Source: an uncultured virus (IMG/VR IMGVR_UViG_3300010282_000326) (taxonomy: Duplodnaviria > Heunggongvirae > Uroviricota > Caudoviricetes). From it: a DNA stretch of 58,975 nt. The notes beneath the pieces were generated by a model. It made no database searches. It saw only the letters and a program-made list of their open reading frames with translations, and was not told the origin of the DNA. Every line of letters begins with the position of its first letter. The stretch's first letter is position 1. A program made the position numbers and the translations under genes. Below, one piece after another: positions 17,908-27,041 of the stretch. The DNA is taken from the IMG/VR virus record IMGVR_UViG_3300010282_000326; one strand, given 5' to 3'.

Positions 17908-18879
17908 ATGTTAGTACCTGAGTTCGTCAAAAATAGAAATGGTCTTATTTCTGATAAGTTTTATGAAAGTATCCCTCAATATTGTTTTGAGGATGGTTGT
18001 GGTTTTCCAATGGAAATGAGTAATACTTTAACTCAGTTACATTGTAGTAATCCTAGATGTCCAAGTAAAATTGTTCAGAGATTAGTTGCTATGGCTAATC
18101 AGCTTGGGGTAAAAGATATGGGCGAGAGTCGAGCAGCTAAGTTTGTTCATACATTTGGTATAACAAATCCTTTAATGATTTTTACTTATGAACCAGATTC
18201 GGATGGTGCTATGGGAGATGGTATTTCTTTAGAAGTATCAAATAAGATTGTAAATCAGTTCAATGAAAAGAAGTCATTTACTCTTGCAGAGTATGTAAGA
18301 ATTGCAAATCTTCCTTTTATTCAAACAAGTGCTATGAGTATCTTTGGTGATTATGATAGTCTTGAAGAAGTCTATGATGAAATAGACAAAGGTGGGGTAG
18401 AGTTTATTCGCTCTAAGCTGAATATCAAAAAGGGTGATGATGAAGATACAGAAAGTATTTCAATTAGAGCCTTAAAAGTATATGAGTCTTTAATGACCTT
18501 TAAGTCAGATTTGCTTCAGGCAGTGAATTGGGTTACAATTATAAAAACTCATACAGATGGTATGAAGACACTCAAAGCTGTTTGTTCTGATGAGGTAGGA
18601 GCACCTTTTAGAACAAAGGCTGATTTCTATGCAACAGTTAATAATTCTTTTGATAGTATTCATGTAGAGTTTTTAAATTCTGTTACAAAAGCTATAGATT
18701 ATCTTGTATGGGCTGGAGCTGATGGAAGTCCTGCTCGATATACAAATAAGGTAAAAAAAGTTACGGCTTATAATGAAAAGTATGAGGCTAATAAAGAAGC
18801 AGGTACTTTAAAGGATGGGGAACATTACATTCCTATAGTTACAGCAAATCAATTCTTAGAAATCTTAAAGGAGATGTGA
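17908..18879 (+). CDS. NAD-dependent DNA ligase C-terminal-like protein (Zn finger, HhH, BRCT), no catalytic domain
   Basis: CFEDGC...CSNPRCPSKIVQRL, LGVKDMGE, BRCT-like SVTKAIDYLV...KVKK...IPIVTANQFLEIL; no KxDG adenylation domain. Confidence 0.75.
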   Translation: MLVPEFVKNRNGLISDKFYESIPQYCFEDGCGFPMEMSNTLTQLHCSNPRCPSKIVQRLVAMANQLGVKDMGESRAAKFVHTFGITNPLMIFTYEPDSDGAMGDGISLEVSNKIVNQFNEKKSFTLAEYVRIANLPFIQTSAMSIFGDYDSLEEVYDEIDKGGVEFIRSKLNIKKGDDEDTESISIRALKVYESLMTFKSDLLQAVNWVTIIKTHTDGMKTLKAVCSDEVGAPFRTKADFYATVNNSFDSIHVEFLNSVTKAIDYLVWAGADGSPARYTNKVKKVTAYNEKYEANKEAGTLKDGEHYIPIVTANQFLEILKEM

Positions 18880-19175
18880 TATATTTTATGAATTTTATAT
18901 TTTACAAAAGTCAACTTAACTTAATGAAAAGATATGCAAGATTATATCTTCGTGGAAAGAGTAAGGAATTTGAAAATCTTGAGGAGCCTAAAAGGTCATA
19001 CTTATTACAACAGTATGAGATAGAGGCAGAAGACCTTGATTATTGTGAACACGAAACCTTAAAGCGTCTTGAAAAGGATAAGAAATTGATTAATTTTTTA
19101 AGTTATAGTTGTGGTAGTTTAGTTCTCTTGACCACACTAAGCCTAATAATGAATTTTATTAAGAAGGGTGAGTAG
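18876..19175 (+). CDS. hypothetical protein with C-terminal TM
   Basis: GTGA overlap with the upstream gene; AAGGAG RBS. Confidence 0.6.
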   Translation: MIYFMNFIFYKSQLNLMKRYARLYLRGKSKEFENLEEPKRSYLLQQYEIEAEDLDYCEHETLKRLEKDKKLINFLSYSCGSLVLLTTLSLIMNFIKKGE

Positions 19176-19180
19176 AAGTA

Positions 19181-19747
19181 ATGCAGATAGCGGTAATGGA
19201 CATAAGAAGGTGGGGCTATAACAAAATATCGAAATATTTTTATAAAGATGAAAAGGAAAAGGCTTCATTCTTCATTGAACTTGCCAAGCTCAATTCTTTA
19301 AATTATGATAAGAAAGTATCGCCTTATGGATTTTTGAACAGTTGGGGTAGTATAAAGGATAGAGTTGATAGATATTATCAAGGAATGGAGTATATTGTTT
19401 ATGATACAAATCCATTTATTAGTAATGTTAAGTTAGATGATTTAACTAAGAGAAAGTTCAGAAATACTTATGAGAGTATTATGAAAAATATTGGTAAAGA
19501 TTTGAATTTAAGCGACTCTGATATTCAGATAATGAGTGATTTAGGTCTTAAGTTAGCATATATAGATTATGATGATTCATTATTAAAAATATTCACTTTT
19601 TATAATACAGTATTGAAGTGGGCATTTTTTACAATGCAGGAGAGTAACTTTAGTAAGAATAATCTGTCTTTCCTATCCATTATAAGTATTATGACTTATG
19701 AGGATAGCGAAGCGTTTATAAAGATTATAAATAACAGTTTAGTGTAA
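19181..19747 (+). CDS. hypothetical protein
   Basis: 188-aa ORF in operon context. Confidence 0.65.
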   Translation: MQIAVMDIRRWGYNKISKYFYKDEKEKASFFIELAKLNSLNYDKKVSPYGFLNSWGSIKDRVDRYYQGMEYIVYDTNPFISNVKLDDLTKRKFRNTYESIMKNIGKDLNLSDSDIQIMSDLGLKLAYIDYDDSLLKIFTFYNTVLKWAFFTMQESNFSKNNLSFLSIISIMTYEDSEAFIKIINNSLV

Positions 19748-19763
19748 GTTTGGAGGAATTTAG

Positions 19764-20060
19764 ATGACACCGTTTATATTGATAATCTTGATGTCAATAT
19801 GGAGTATATACCAGTATCTTGGTTATTTTGGAATTGTTAAAGGCTTTTATTATGTGTCTTTATTTGCAGGAAAACATTTCTTAGTTACTGCGATTAAGAT
19901 GATGACAATGAAATGGTCTTTAGTGTTTGGGGTAGTTGGTGTATGTCTTGGTATTGTAGGCATAATACAAAGTAGAATAAATGAAGAGCGTGGTTTAGAT
20001 AATATTAAGATGCCAGCTTTTGTATTTTATTGTATTTATACATTTCTACTTTTCCTATAA
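19764..20060 (+). CDS. small integral membrane protein
   Basis: Three hydrophobic segments; GGAGG RBS. Confidence 0.65.
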   Translation: MTPFILIILMSIWSIYQYLGYFGIVKGFYYVSLFAGKHFLVTAIKMMTMKWSLVFGVVGVCLGIVGIIQSRINEERGLDNIKMPAFVFYCIYTFLLFL

Positions 20061-20069
20061 GAGTTTAAT

Positions 20070-20098
20070 TTGACTTTTTTAAAGTTTTATGGTATAAT
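20070..20098 (+). promoter_or_regulatory. sigmaA-type promoter with extended -10
   Basis: TTGACT-17 bp-TATAAT with TGg extension. Confidence 0.8.
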
Positions 20099-20133
20099 AA
20101 CTATAATAAAGTATTTAGTTTAGGAGGTTTATC

Positions 20134-22050
20134 ATGGATTTACACTTTGCAAAAAGTGCAGTAGCTTATTATTGTAAAGTTACTGGAAATGAATGGAGCG
20201 ATTTTTTTAGTAAGTTAGATAGTGCAATTTCTTTGCCTATTGAAACTCAAGAAGGAGAAGACTGGCTTATTCATGCTTTGGTTAATAAGATAGTAAGTAC
20301 AGGGTTATCTATAAATGAATTTAAGATAAATAAAGATGCTATAAAGGCAGAGTTTGATGAAGCCAGTCGAAAACTTAATGGTGAGTTCTTTACACCAGAT
20401 ATTTGGGCTAAAGAAGCTCATGCTTATATGGATAAGTATATACCAAATTGGAGAACAGACTATAATGTTTGGGAAGCCAGTTGTGGTTCGGGTAACTTAA
20501 TACGCCATGCAAATATCGTTCCAGAACATTTATTTGCAAGTACACTTCAGGAAGATGATATTGAGTTAATTAAGAATACTCCAGAGTTAGCAGGTTGTAC
20601 TGCTTTTACTCTTGATTTTCTTTCTCAAGTTGATTATGATGTAGATAATGCTTATTTTCTTAATCAGTTACCACCAAGGTTACAAGAGATTATAAGGAAT
20701 GATGAGCCACTTATCTTTTTCATGAACCCACCTTACAAAACTGGTCAGGCTAAGGCTACTGAGGTAGGTAGATTTATGGCACAGACAGTTTCTATGCCAG
20801 ATTATGATTTTACTGATTTTAGTAAGCCAGCTTATGATATATTTTATCAGTTCTGTTTCCAAGTAATGAATATAGTTACTAAGTTTAATCTAAAAAACAC
20901 ATATTATTGCTTTTTCGGACCTCTGACATTCTTTACAGGTGCAGGTGCAACTATATTATTAAGAAAGTTTGAGCATTGTTTCGAGTTTATAGATGGTATG
21001 TGTATATCTGCTCAGGAGTTTTCAGATACAAGTACAAGTATTCTTTGGGGTATCGGTTACTCTGTTTGGAAAGCAAGAGGCGGTTATGTAGCAGGAGAAG
21101 ATAAAGACTTCCATAAAGATATTCTTCTTGATAAGAAGTTTATTGCACCAGATGGTGTTTCTACTGGTTGTGAGGGTAAAGTTCTTTATGAGCCACCAAG
21201 AGAAAAGCTTTCAACTTGGGTAGAGCCTAAAGATGTAGAATTCTTTAGTCAGGCACCTGTTTTAACATCTCACCTTACATTTAAGGGTGGTGATGTATTT
21301 GAAAAGAAGGCATATAAGTCAGGAAAACTTGCTGATAATGCACTTGGTACTCTGATGGTAGGTAATACACTTACAAGAAGTGCTGACCAGAGTGCAATAT
21401 TATCAATGCCAACTACAATACAGTATGTTGATATTACAGAGGAGAACTTCTGGAGATGTGTTGGAAGTTATGTATTTAGGCGAGTTATAAATGCAGGTTG
21501 GGCTATTGCCAAGAAAGAAATATCAGCACCAAACACATCAGTAGAGGGGTACGATTTATGGCTTCGTAATGGTTTAGTTCTATTCTTATTTGAGTATAAG
21601 TCTATGATGTCCTCTATGAGAAATGTAGATTTTAATGGAGTTCCTTATAATATCTATAATAAGCTGTTTTTCTTAACTGAAGATGAAATTCGTGAGCATT
21701 GTCATGATGAAGTTATACTTAAAGACCTTGCTGACCATCCTTTACAGAATCAGTTTATGTTAAAGATGATAGCAGAAAGTGAGCCATATTGGGTTCCAGA
21801 AATAAGACAGCTTTATGATTGGTGTAAGACATATACTCTTGCTTCTTATGACTTGAGAAAGTCTGTAAACTATAAGGGTAGTCTTGAATGTGCTGATGCA
21901 GGATTCCAGCAGATAAGAAGTGCTTTATGGGATGAGGATAAGCTCGGTGCAGACCTTACTAAGTTGATTGTAGCAGCAAGAGATTATATGAATATAGGTA
22001 TAGAGAAATTTGGATTTGTTTCAGAAATAGTATCAACAGAGGATTTATAA
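20134..22050 (+). CDS. N6-adenine DNA methyltransferase (gamma order, type IIG-like, no nuclease domain evident)
   Basis: GEFFTP (motif X), VWEASCGSGNL (motif I), LDFL, MNPPY (motif IV), long C-terminal putative target-recognition region. Confidence 0.85.
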   Translation: MDLHFAKSAVAYYCKVTGNEWSDFFSKLDSAISLPIETQEGEDWLIHALVNKIVSTGLSINEFKINKDAIKAEFDEASRKLNGEFFTPDIWAKEAHAYMDKYIPNWRTDYNVWEASCGSGNLIRHANIVPEHLFASTLQEDDIELIKNTPELAGCTAFTLDFLSQVDYDVDNAYFLNQLPPRLQEIIRNDEPLIFFMNPPYKTGQAKATEVGRFMAQTVSMPDYDFTDFSKPAYDIFYQFCFQVMNIVTKFNLKNTYYCFFGPLTFFTGAGATILLRKFEHCFEFIDGMCISAQEFSDTSTSILWGIGYSVWKARGGYVAGEDKDFHKDILLDKKFIAPDGVSTGCEGKVLYEPPREKLSTWVEPKDVEFFSQAPVLTSHLTFKGGDVFEKKAYKSGKLADNALGTLMVGNTLTRSADQSAILSMPTTIQYVDITEENFWRCVGSYVFRRVINAGWAIAKKEISAPNTSVEGYDLWLRNGLVLFLFEYKSMMSSMRNVDFNGVPYNIYNKLFFLTEDEIREHCHDEVILKDLADHPLQNQFMLKMIAESEPYWVPEIRQLYDWCKTYTLASYDLRKSVNYKGSLECADAGFQQIRSALWDEDKLGADLTKLIVAARDYMNIGIEKFGFVSEIVSTEDL

Positions 22051-22060
22051 GGGGTAGTAT

Positions 22061-23056
22061 ATGAGGCTTGCAGATTTAGATGTTAAAACTTTTAATCCAA
22101 ATATTGTTTTACTTCAAACATCAAGTACTAAATTGGAGCAGTTTATTGAGGACAAGTTAAAACGAAAAGTTGAAGCTAATAGAGATTCTATTCTTGTTCT
22201 TGAAACAAAAAAGGATTATATAAAGATTAAAAATGTAAGCGGGATTTATACACCTAAAGGTACAAAGTGGTTTGTTGCTTTGGATTTAGATAAGTATTAT
22301 GATAAAGCTATGTCTAAACTTATAAAGAACTCAACAACTTGTTTATTCTTCTGTACTTGTTCAAAGTATAGTACATATAAACGGTTTAAAGATGAGTTTG
22401 GAAAGCTTCATAATTTCTATGACCTTTACATAAATTATCTTAAGAGACCAGATTTAGTATATTTATATGATGCTTTTGTAAGGTCAGATAATACTCTGAG
22501 TAAACAGTTATTTGATTATGTTGCTCAGGGTTATAGTGGCGATATAGAAGCTGTGTTTAAACTTCTACTTGCTTTAAATGAAGGTAAGGTTATTTCAAAT
22601 AGAAAAGACATATCGGATATTTGTGGTATTGGTGGTCTTTCTGTTGAAACTTTGATTTTTAGTTTACTTAAGCCTTTGAGTGGTTCAAGTAAGGGTTTGC
22701 AGACTGTATTAAAGAACAGAATACAAGCAGGAACAGAGTTAGGTAGTTCTTTAACATACAGAACTTTGTATAATTATATGCATAAGTCTTTAAGAACATT
22801 CTGTGAATTAAAGCAACTGATGATAGCAGGGGTAGTTTATAAGTCAGTACGGAATTTGCCAGATAGTTATAATGAGAAAGATATTGCAAAATATCAAAAA
22901 TATATTTGGAAAATAAAAGAGATTCCATTGTCAAAGTTTTTAAGGTTAATAAATTGTATGGGTAGTCAATGGCAAAGTGAAATTGATTTCATACAATTTA
23001 TATATAGATATTATTATGAAGAGTCAATATTGTTATTAGATGGAGGTAGTCAATAA
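22061..23056 (+). CDS. putative clamp-loader delta (HolA)-like subunit
   Basis: About 330 aa, no Walker A, LSKQLFDYVAQGYSGDIEAVFKLL lid-like segment; replication-gene context. Confidence 0.4.
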   Translation: MRLADLDVKTFNPNIVLLQTSSTKLEQFIEDKLKRKVEANRDSILVLETKKDYIKIKNVSGIYTPKGTKWFVALDLDKYYDKAMSKLIKNSTTCLFFCTCSKYSTYKRFKDEFGKLHNFYDLYINYLKRPDLVYLYDAFVRSDNTLSKQLFDYVAQGYSGDIEAVFKLLLALNEGKVISNRKDISDICGIGGLSVETLIFSLLKPLSGSSKGLQTVLKNRIQAGTELGSSLTYRTLYNYMHKSLRTFCELKQLMIAGVVYKSVRNLPDSYNEKDIAKYQKYIWKIKEIPLSKFLRLINCMGSQWQSEIDFIQFIYRYYYEESILLLDGGSQ

Positions 23057-23721
23057 TGTCTTTGTTGATTAAAGGTGATTTAGATACATTAGCACAGTAT
23101 AAGAATGGTAATGTATCAGCAAAGTACAATAATAAAAAGCATAAGGTATTTTTTGAACTTGTATGTAATGAGTTTAATCTTAAGGATTGTATCAATTTTG
23201 CTAAACAAAGCAGTAATGTATTATTCATAAATTATGAAGGGTTAACAGATAGTGAAGATTATTTAAGTCTAAACTCAAGTGATGTTAATATCTGTATAAC
23301 TTCAGAGTTAGGTAATAATATAACTGAAGATGATATAGAGTTTAGGTTAAACGAAACACCTCAAGGGGTAGTTCCAGTTATCATTTTACCAGAATCTTTT
23401 ACAGATTTACATCTGATTTATAAGCTGTGTAAGAAATATGATAGAGTTAGATTTGTTGGTGGAACTTTATTTCCTATCGAAGATGTAAGACTTGGTTTTG
23501 TGCCAGATACTTCTTATTCTAAGAGAGATATTAAAGATAATTATATAAATGAATTTGATTATTCACCTTTAATAGATGTTGACTTAGTTGATGTTGAATT
23601 ATCTGTTAGTGCTAAAAAAGCAACAGGTACAGATAAAAAGAAATCCTCAAGTTCATCCACTAAAAAGAAGCCATCATTAAATTTTGCTTCACTTAGACCA
23701 CAAGCTAAGTTTGATTTATAA
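23056..23721 (+). CDS. hypothetical protein
   Basis: TAATG coupling; GGAGG RBS. Confidence 0.7.
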   Translation: MSLLIKGDLDTLAQYKNGNVSAKYNNKKHKVFFELVCNEFNLKDCINFAKQSSNVLFINYEGLTDSEDYLSLNSSDVNICITSELGNNITEDDIEFRLNETPQGVVPVIILPESFTDLHLIYKLCKKYDRVRFVGGTLFPIEDVRLGFVPDTSYSKRDIKDNYINEFDYSPLIDVDLVDVELSVSAKKATGTDKKKSSSSSTKKKPSLNFASLRPQAKFDL

Positions 23722-23770
23722 TTAGGCAAGCACTAATTAAACTATATGGTCTTGAATAAAGGAGGCATTA

Positions 23771-24244
23771 GTGATGGATACAGTCAAGGGTATATTAAAT
23801 TTCAGTGGTGAGAATGGTGAGGTAACTACCTTTTTTGGTGGTCGAGTTACTTTATCACAACTTATTATGATTATAGTTGCTATTGTAGTAGTTATAATCT
23901 TATTTAAGTTTGTAAAGGGAGTTTTTCGTATAGTTGGTACTATAGCTATGGTTTGTATAGCTTTAGTTCATTTTGGTTTAGCTAGTCCAGAGCAGTTGAA
24001 AGATGTAGGTTCACAAATTGCTCAGAATGGTGTTGCTAAATACCAGACTTATGCAAGTTTATCCGAGAATATAAAGATTGAGGATAATTCTGTTAAAATT
24101 AAAGCAGGAGATACTTGGATTGATGTAAGTCAGGTTAAATCAATTATTGCAACTGACGGAGATTCTTATTCTATTACTGCAAATGGAAAATCTTATGTTG
24201 TAAATGATAAGCAAATTATTAAGTTACTTGATACATTCAAGTAA
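23771..24244 (+). CDS. membrane protein
   Basis: Two TM helices; AAGGAGG RBS. Confidence 0.7.
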   Translation: MMDTVKGILNFSGENGEVTTFFGGRVTLSQLIMIIVAIVVVIILFKFVKGVFRIVGTIAMVCIALVHFGLASPEQLKDVGSQIAQNGVAKYQTYASLSENIKIEDNSVKIKAGDTWIDVSQVKSIIATDGDSYSITANGKSYVVNDKQIIKLLDTFK

Positions 24245-24248
24245 ATTT

Positions 24249-24278
24249 AATAGGGCACTTTAAGTTGCCCTATTTTTT
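24249..24278 (+). terminator. intrinsic terminator
   Basis: AATAGGGC/GCCCTATT stem followed by a T-run. Confidence 0.8.
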
Positions 24279-24334
24279 GTTTCTAATGTATTGACAAAAT
24301 ATCAATGTTTTTTTGTAAATTTTACGAGAAATAC

Positions 24335-24363
24335 TTGAATTTTTGTTAAATTTGTGGTATAAT
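24335..24363 (+). promoter_or_regulatory. sigmaA-type promoter with extended -10
   Basis: TTGAAT-17 bp-TATAAT with TGTGG. Confidence 0.75.
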
Positions 24364-24400
24364 GTTCATTGTGAATTGAAGTAACGGAAGGAGTCAAATT

Positions 24401-24997
24401 ATGAGTTTACTTAGGTCTTACAGTTTTGGTGCATTTAATGGTGTCAACGAATTACCAGTTGAGGTATTAAATCTTTTCAAGGATGTTAGTGCTGATGATA
24501 AGATTGAATATGCTTCTGAAATAATTTTTAATGGGTTACAAGGCAGAATTGATTTTAGTAGAGAATTCAATCTTAAAGCCTATGAAGCAACTATTCGCAA
24601 GAACCAGAGATTAGGTACAGATGCGGAAAAGAAAAAGAGAAGTTGGATAGACTTCGATGAACCTAATTCTGATGACTATTCAGAAACAGTAACAAATGGT
24701 GGTATAAGTGTTAATGAGTTAAATACAAGGGCTGTTGATAAAGTTGAAGATGCTTTTGAGCAGTATCTTGATGATGAAGAATTACTTTATGCTATTGATA
24801 CTATAAAAAGTTTACAGCCACAGTTACTTGCTGAAGCTCAGGTTGACTTGATAGGTTGTATCAGACAGGCTCTTAAAGAAGTTCCTCAAGCAGTTAAAGC
24901 ACTTAAAGAAGTATGTGAGGAATTTCCACTGGTCAGCGAAATGGTTGAAATTGTCTTATCTTCAAATAGGTCTTTTGAGGAGTGTTTTGCTATGTAA
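24401..24997 (+). CDS. hypothetical protein
   Basis: AAGGAG RBS; 198 aa. Confidence 0.7.
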   Translation: MSLLRSYSFGAFNGVNELPVEVLNLFKDVSADDKIEYASEIIFNGLQGRIDFSREFNLKAYEATIRKNQRLGTDAEKKKRSWIDFDEPNSDDYSETVTNGGISVNELNTRAVDKVEDAFEQYLDDEELLYAIDTIKSLQPQLLAEAQVDLIGCIRQALKEVPQAVKALKEVCEEFPLVSEMVEIVLSSNRSFEECFAM

Positions 24998-25078
24998 TCC
25001 TTAATACTATTATTAAGGAGATGACAAAATGTTAAAATGCGATGACAAACTTGTTACTCTCGGTGAGGGGGTAGCAAA

Positions 25079-26218
25079 GTGCTGAAGAGTTATGCTTTTT
25101 CACCAAAACAGTGCGATGCGAGTTTTACTTATTTAGTAAACAGAGAAGTCGAAAAGTTAAAGTATTATTTTGTCAAGTTTAATGGTATTGAAAAGTATGA
25201 AGAAGCAATGCAGAAAGCTCTATTTCATACATTGTATCATTTTGACAAGTCAAAAGGAGATTTATCAGATTATCTTAAAAAGTTGGCACGAGTTATATCT
25301 AAGAATAACGATAAGTCAGTTCCAGTTGATTTCTTAGAAGATACTCTTTCTGATGATAATCTTGATAATTTTGATGATTCTGATAATTCAAGTACAGAGT
25401 CAAAATTACAATCAGGTAAGGTTAATGACTTTGCTAGTGAAGTATGTGATAGGCTTAGTCCAGATGTAAACATTCGTAATGACCTTGTAGAATTAGCTTT
25501 AGTCTTTATGGATAAGTTTATAGTTTTCTGTGATGCTTTGGAAAGACATGATACAACTACAGTGTATTATCCAGATGCATTTATAAAGACTGGGTTAAGA
25601 CTTTCTAAAGTAAGTAATAATTTCACTAGTGATTGTATAGCCCTTTACAATGAATTTAAGGAAGATTTTGAGTGGTTCTTAGGTCTGATTACTATAGAAG
25701 AGGAAAAGTTAAAGGCTTCACCTAATGAAAAGAGGTGGAAAGAAGCCGATTATCTTCTAATCAATCAGTGTCAGTCTAAACGAATTACTCTAATAAATAC
25801 GAGTACAGGTGCTTTAGTTCAGAACGCAGATTTAGAAGATTGGACAATAAATGGTAATCTTAATAAGAAGCGTATTGTTAAGGTTTCATATACTGACCTT
25901 TGGAATAGATTATGCGATTTAGTTGATTCAGATGAGACTAATGAAGTAAAGTTTATAATAGATAACAGATACATAATAAGAACGCTTGGGGGTAGTTTAA
26001 GTATTGTAAATCCAAACCTATATAATGCTTATGACCTTATCCGAGATGAAATTCTTACTAATGTGTTAAGTGATTTAAATGGAAGAGTCCTCAATGTGGG
26101 TTCTGAGAATTTTTATCTTCTTTGTGATGAAGGTTTTGAAAATAAAATACGAGATAGAGTTGTCTTAGGCATCCCTATTGAGTTATCATACCTTGATATT
26201 ACAGACAGTATCCATTAA
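25079..26218 (+). CDS. protein with sigma-factor region-2-like N-terminus
   Basis: EEAMQKALFHTLYHFDKSKGDLSDYLKKLAR resembles the sigma70 region 2 pattern (FDxxKG.FSTY). Confidence 0.4.
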   Translation: MLKSYAFSPKQCDASFTYLVNREVEKLKYYFVKFNGIEKYEEAMQKALFHTLYHFDKSKGDLSDYLKKLARVISKNNDKSVPVDFLEDTLSDDNLDNFDDSDNSSTESKLQSGKVNDFASEVCDRLSPDVNIRNDLVELALVFMDKFIVFCDALERHDTTTVYYPDAFIKTGLRLSKVSNNFTSDCIALYNEFKEDFEWFLGLITIEEEKLKASPNEKRWKEADYLLINQCQSKRITLINTSTGALVQNADLEDWTINGNLNKKRIVKVSYTDLWNRLCDLVDSDETNEVKFIIDNRYIIRTLGGSLSIVNPNLYNAYDLIRDEILTNVLSDLNGRVLNVGSENFYLLCDEGFENKIRDRVVLGIPIELSYLDITDSIH

Positions 26219-26297
26219 TTGGATACTGTCTTATTATTTGAGAACTCGCAATAGTTCAAATATACTAAGTATCAACTATTATGAAAGGAATTTTGTT

Positions 26298-26735
26298 ATG
26301 GATAAGATTACAGTTAGTGTTTATGTAAAGCAAGGAATTTCAGCTATACTTATAATACGAGATGGTAAACTTATACAGAGAAGCACTTCAAGAATAACTG
26401 ATGAGGCAATTTTATCTTCGAGTTACTTATCATTATTAAATACTTTGGCGAAAGCATTTAGAATGGTGCGTAATTATATTCAAGAAAATCAAGATTGCAA
26501 AAATGTTGTTTTTGAGTTGAATAATTCTACTATAATTAAGTGGTTTGATAAGTGCTATTCTAAAGATGACTACCAAGAACAGTTTATCGAAGTTGTAAAT
26601 CTTCTTCAAGAATTACCGATTAAGTATTTGTTTTCTTTAAGTAAGAAACCTATGGCTTGTGTATATACAGACGAAAAATATATAGAAAAAGAATCGGTAT
26701 CAGGTATTGATAGCCTATTTGAAGGAGAAGAGTAA
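26298..26735 (+). CDS. hypothetical protein, possibly a degenerate RNase H-like fold
   Basis: Beta-beta-beta-alpha-beta pattern (LAKAFRMV...KNVVFELNNSTII); catalytic acidic residues not evident. Confidence 0.4.
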   Translation: MDKITVSVYVKQGISAILIIRDGKLIQRSTSRITDEAILSSSYLSLLNTLAKAFRMVRNYIQENQDCKNVVFELNNSTIIKWFDKCYSKDDYQEQFIEVVNLLQELPIKYLFSLSKKPMACVYTDEKYIEKESVSGIDSLFEGEE

Positions 26736-27028
26736 TGGATAAAACAGCTTATGTGTATGCTATGTACAGCTACTTATTAGATATTGACCTTGCATTTAAA
26801 GGTAAAGATGAAGAGATTCTGAAAGAAATCAGTAACTTAAAAAATAAAATTGATAGTTACCAGAAGAACCCGTCAAAGGAGACTTTTGAGGAACTTGATA
26901 AAAGTTACAGAGCCTTTTTTACTAATGATGGAAAGTTAAAGTCAGTTTATAAGAAGGTACATGATAGAGTAGATAATCTTGGCGAGATGATTTTTAGAAC
27001 AAAACAAATACTATACAAGTTTAATTAA
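26735..27028 (+). CDS. hypothetical protein
   Basis: TAATG coupling; AAGGAG RBS. Confidence 0.65.
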   Translation: MDKTAYVYAMYSYLLDIDLAFKGKDEEILKEISNLKNKIDSYQKNPSKETFEELDKSYRAFFTNDGKLKSVYKKVHDRVDNLGEMIFRTKQILYKFN

Positions 27029-27041
27029 GGGGTAGTGTTAA

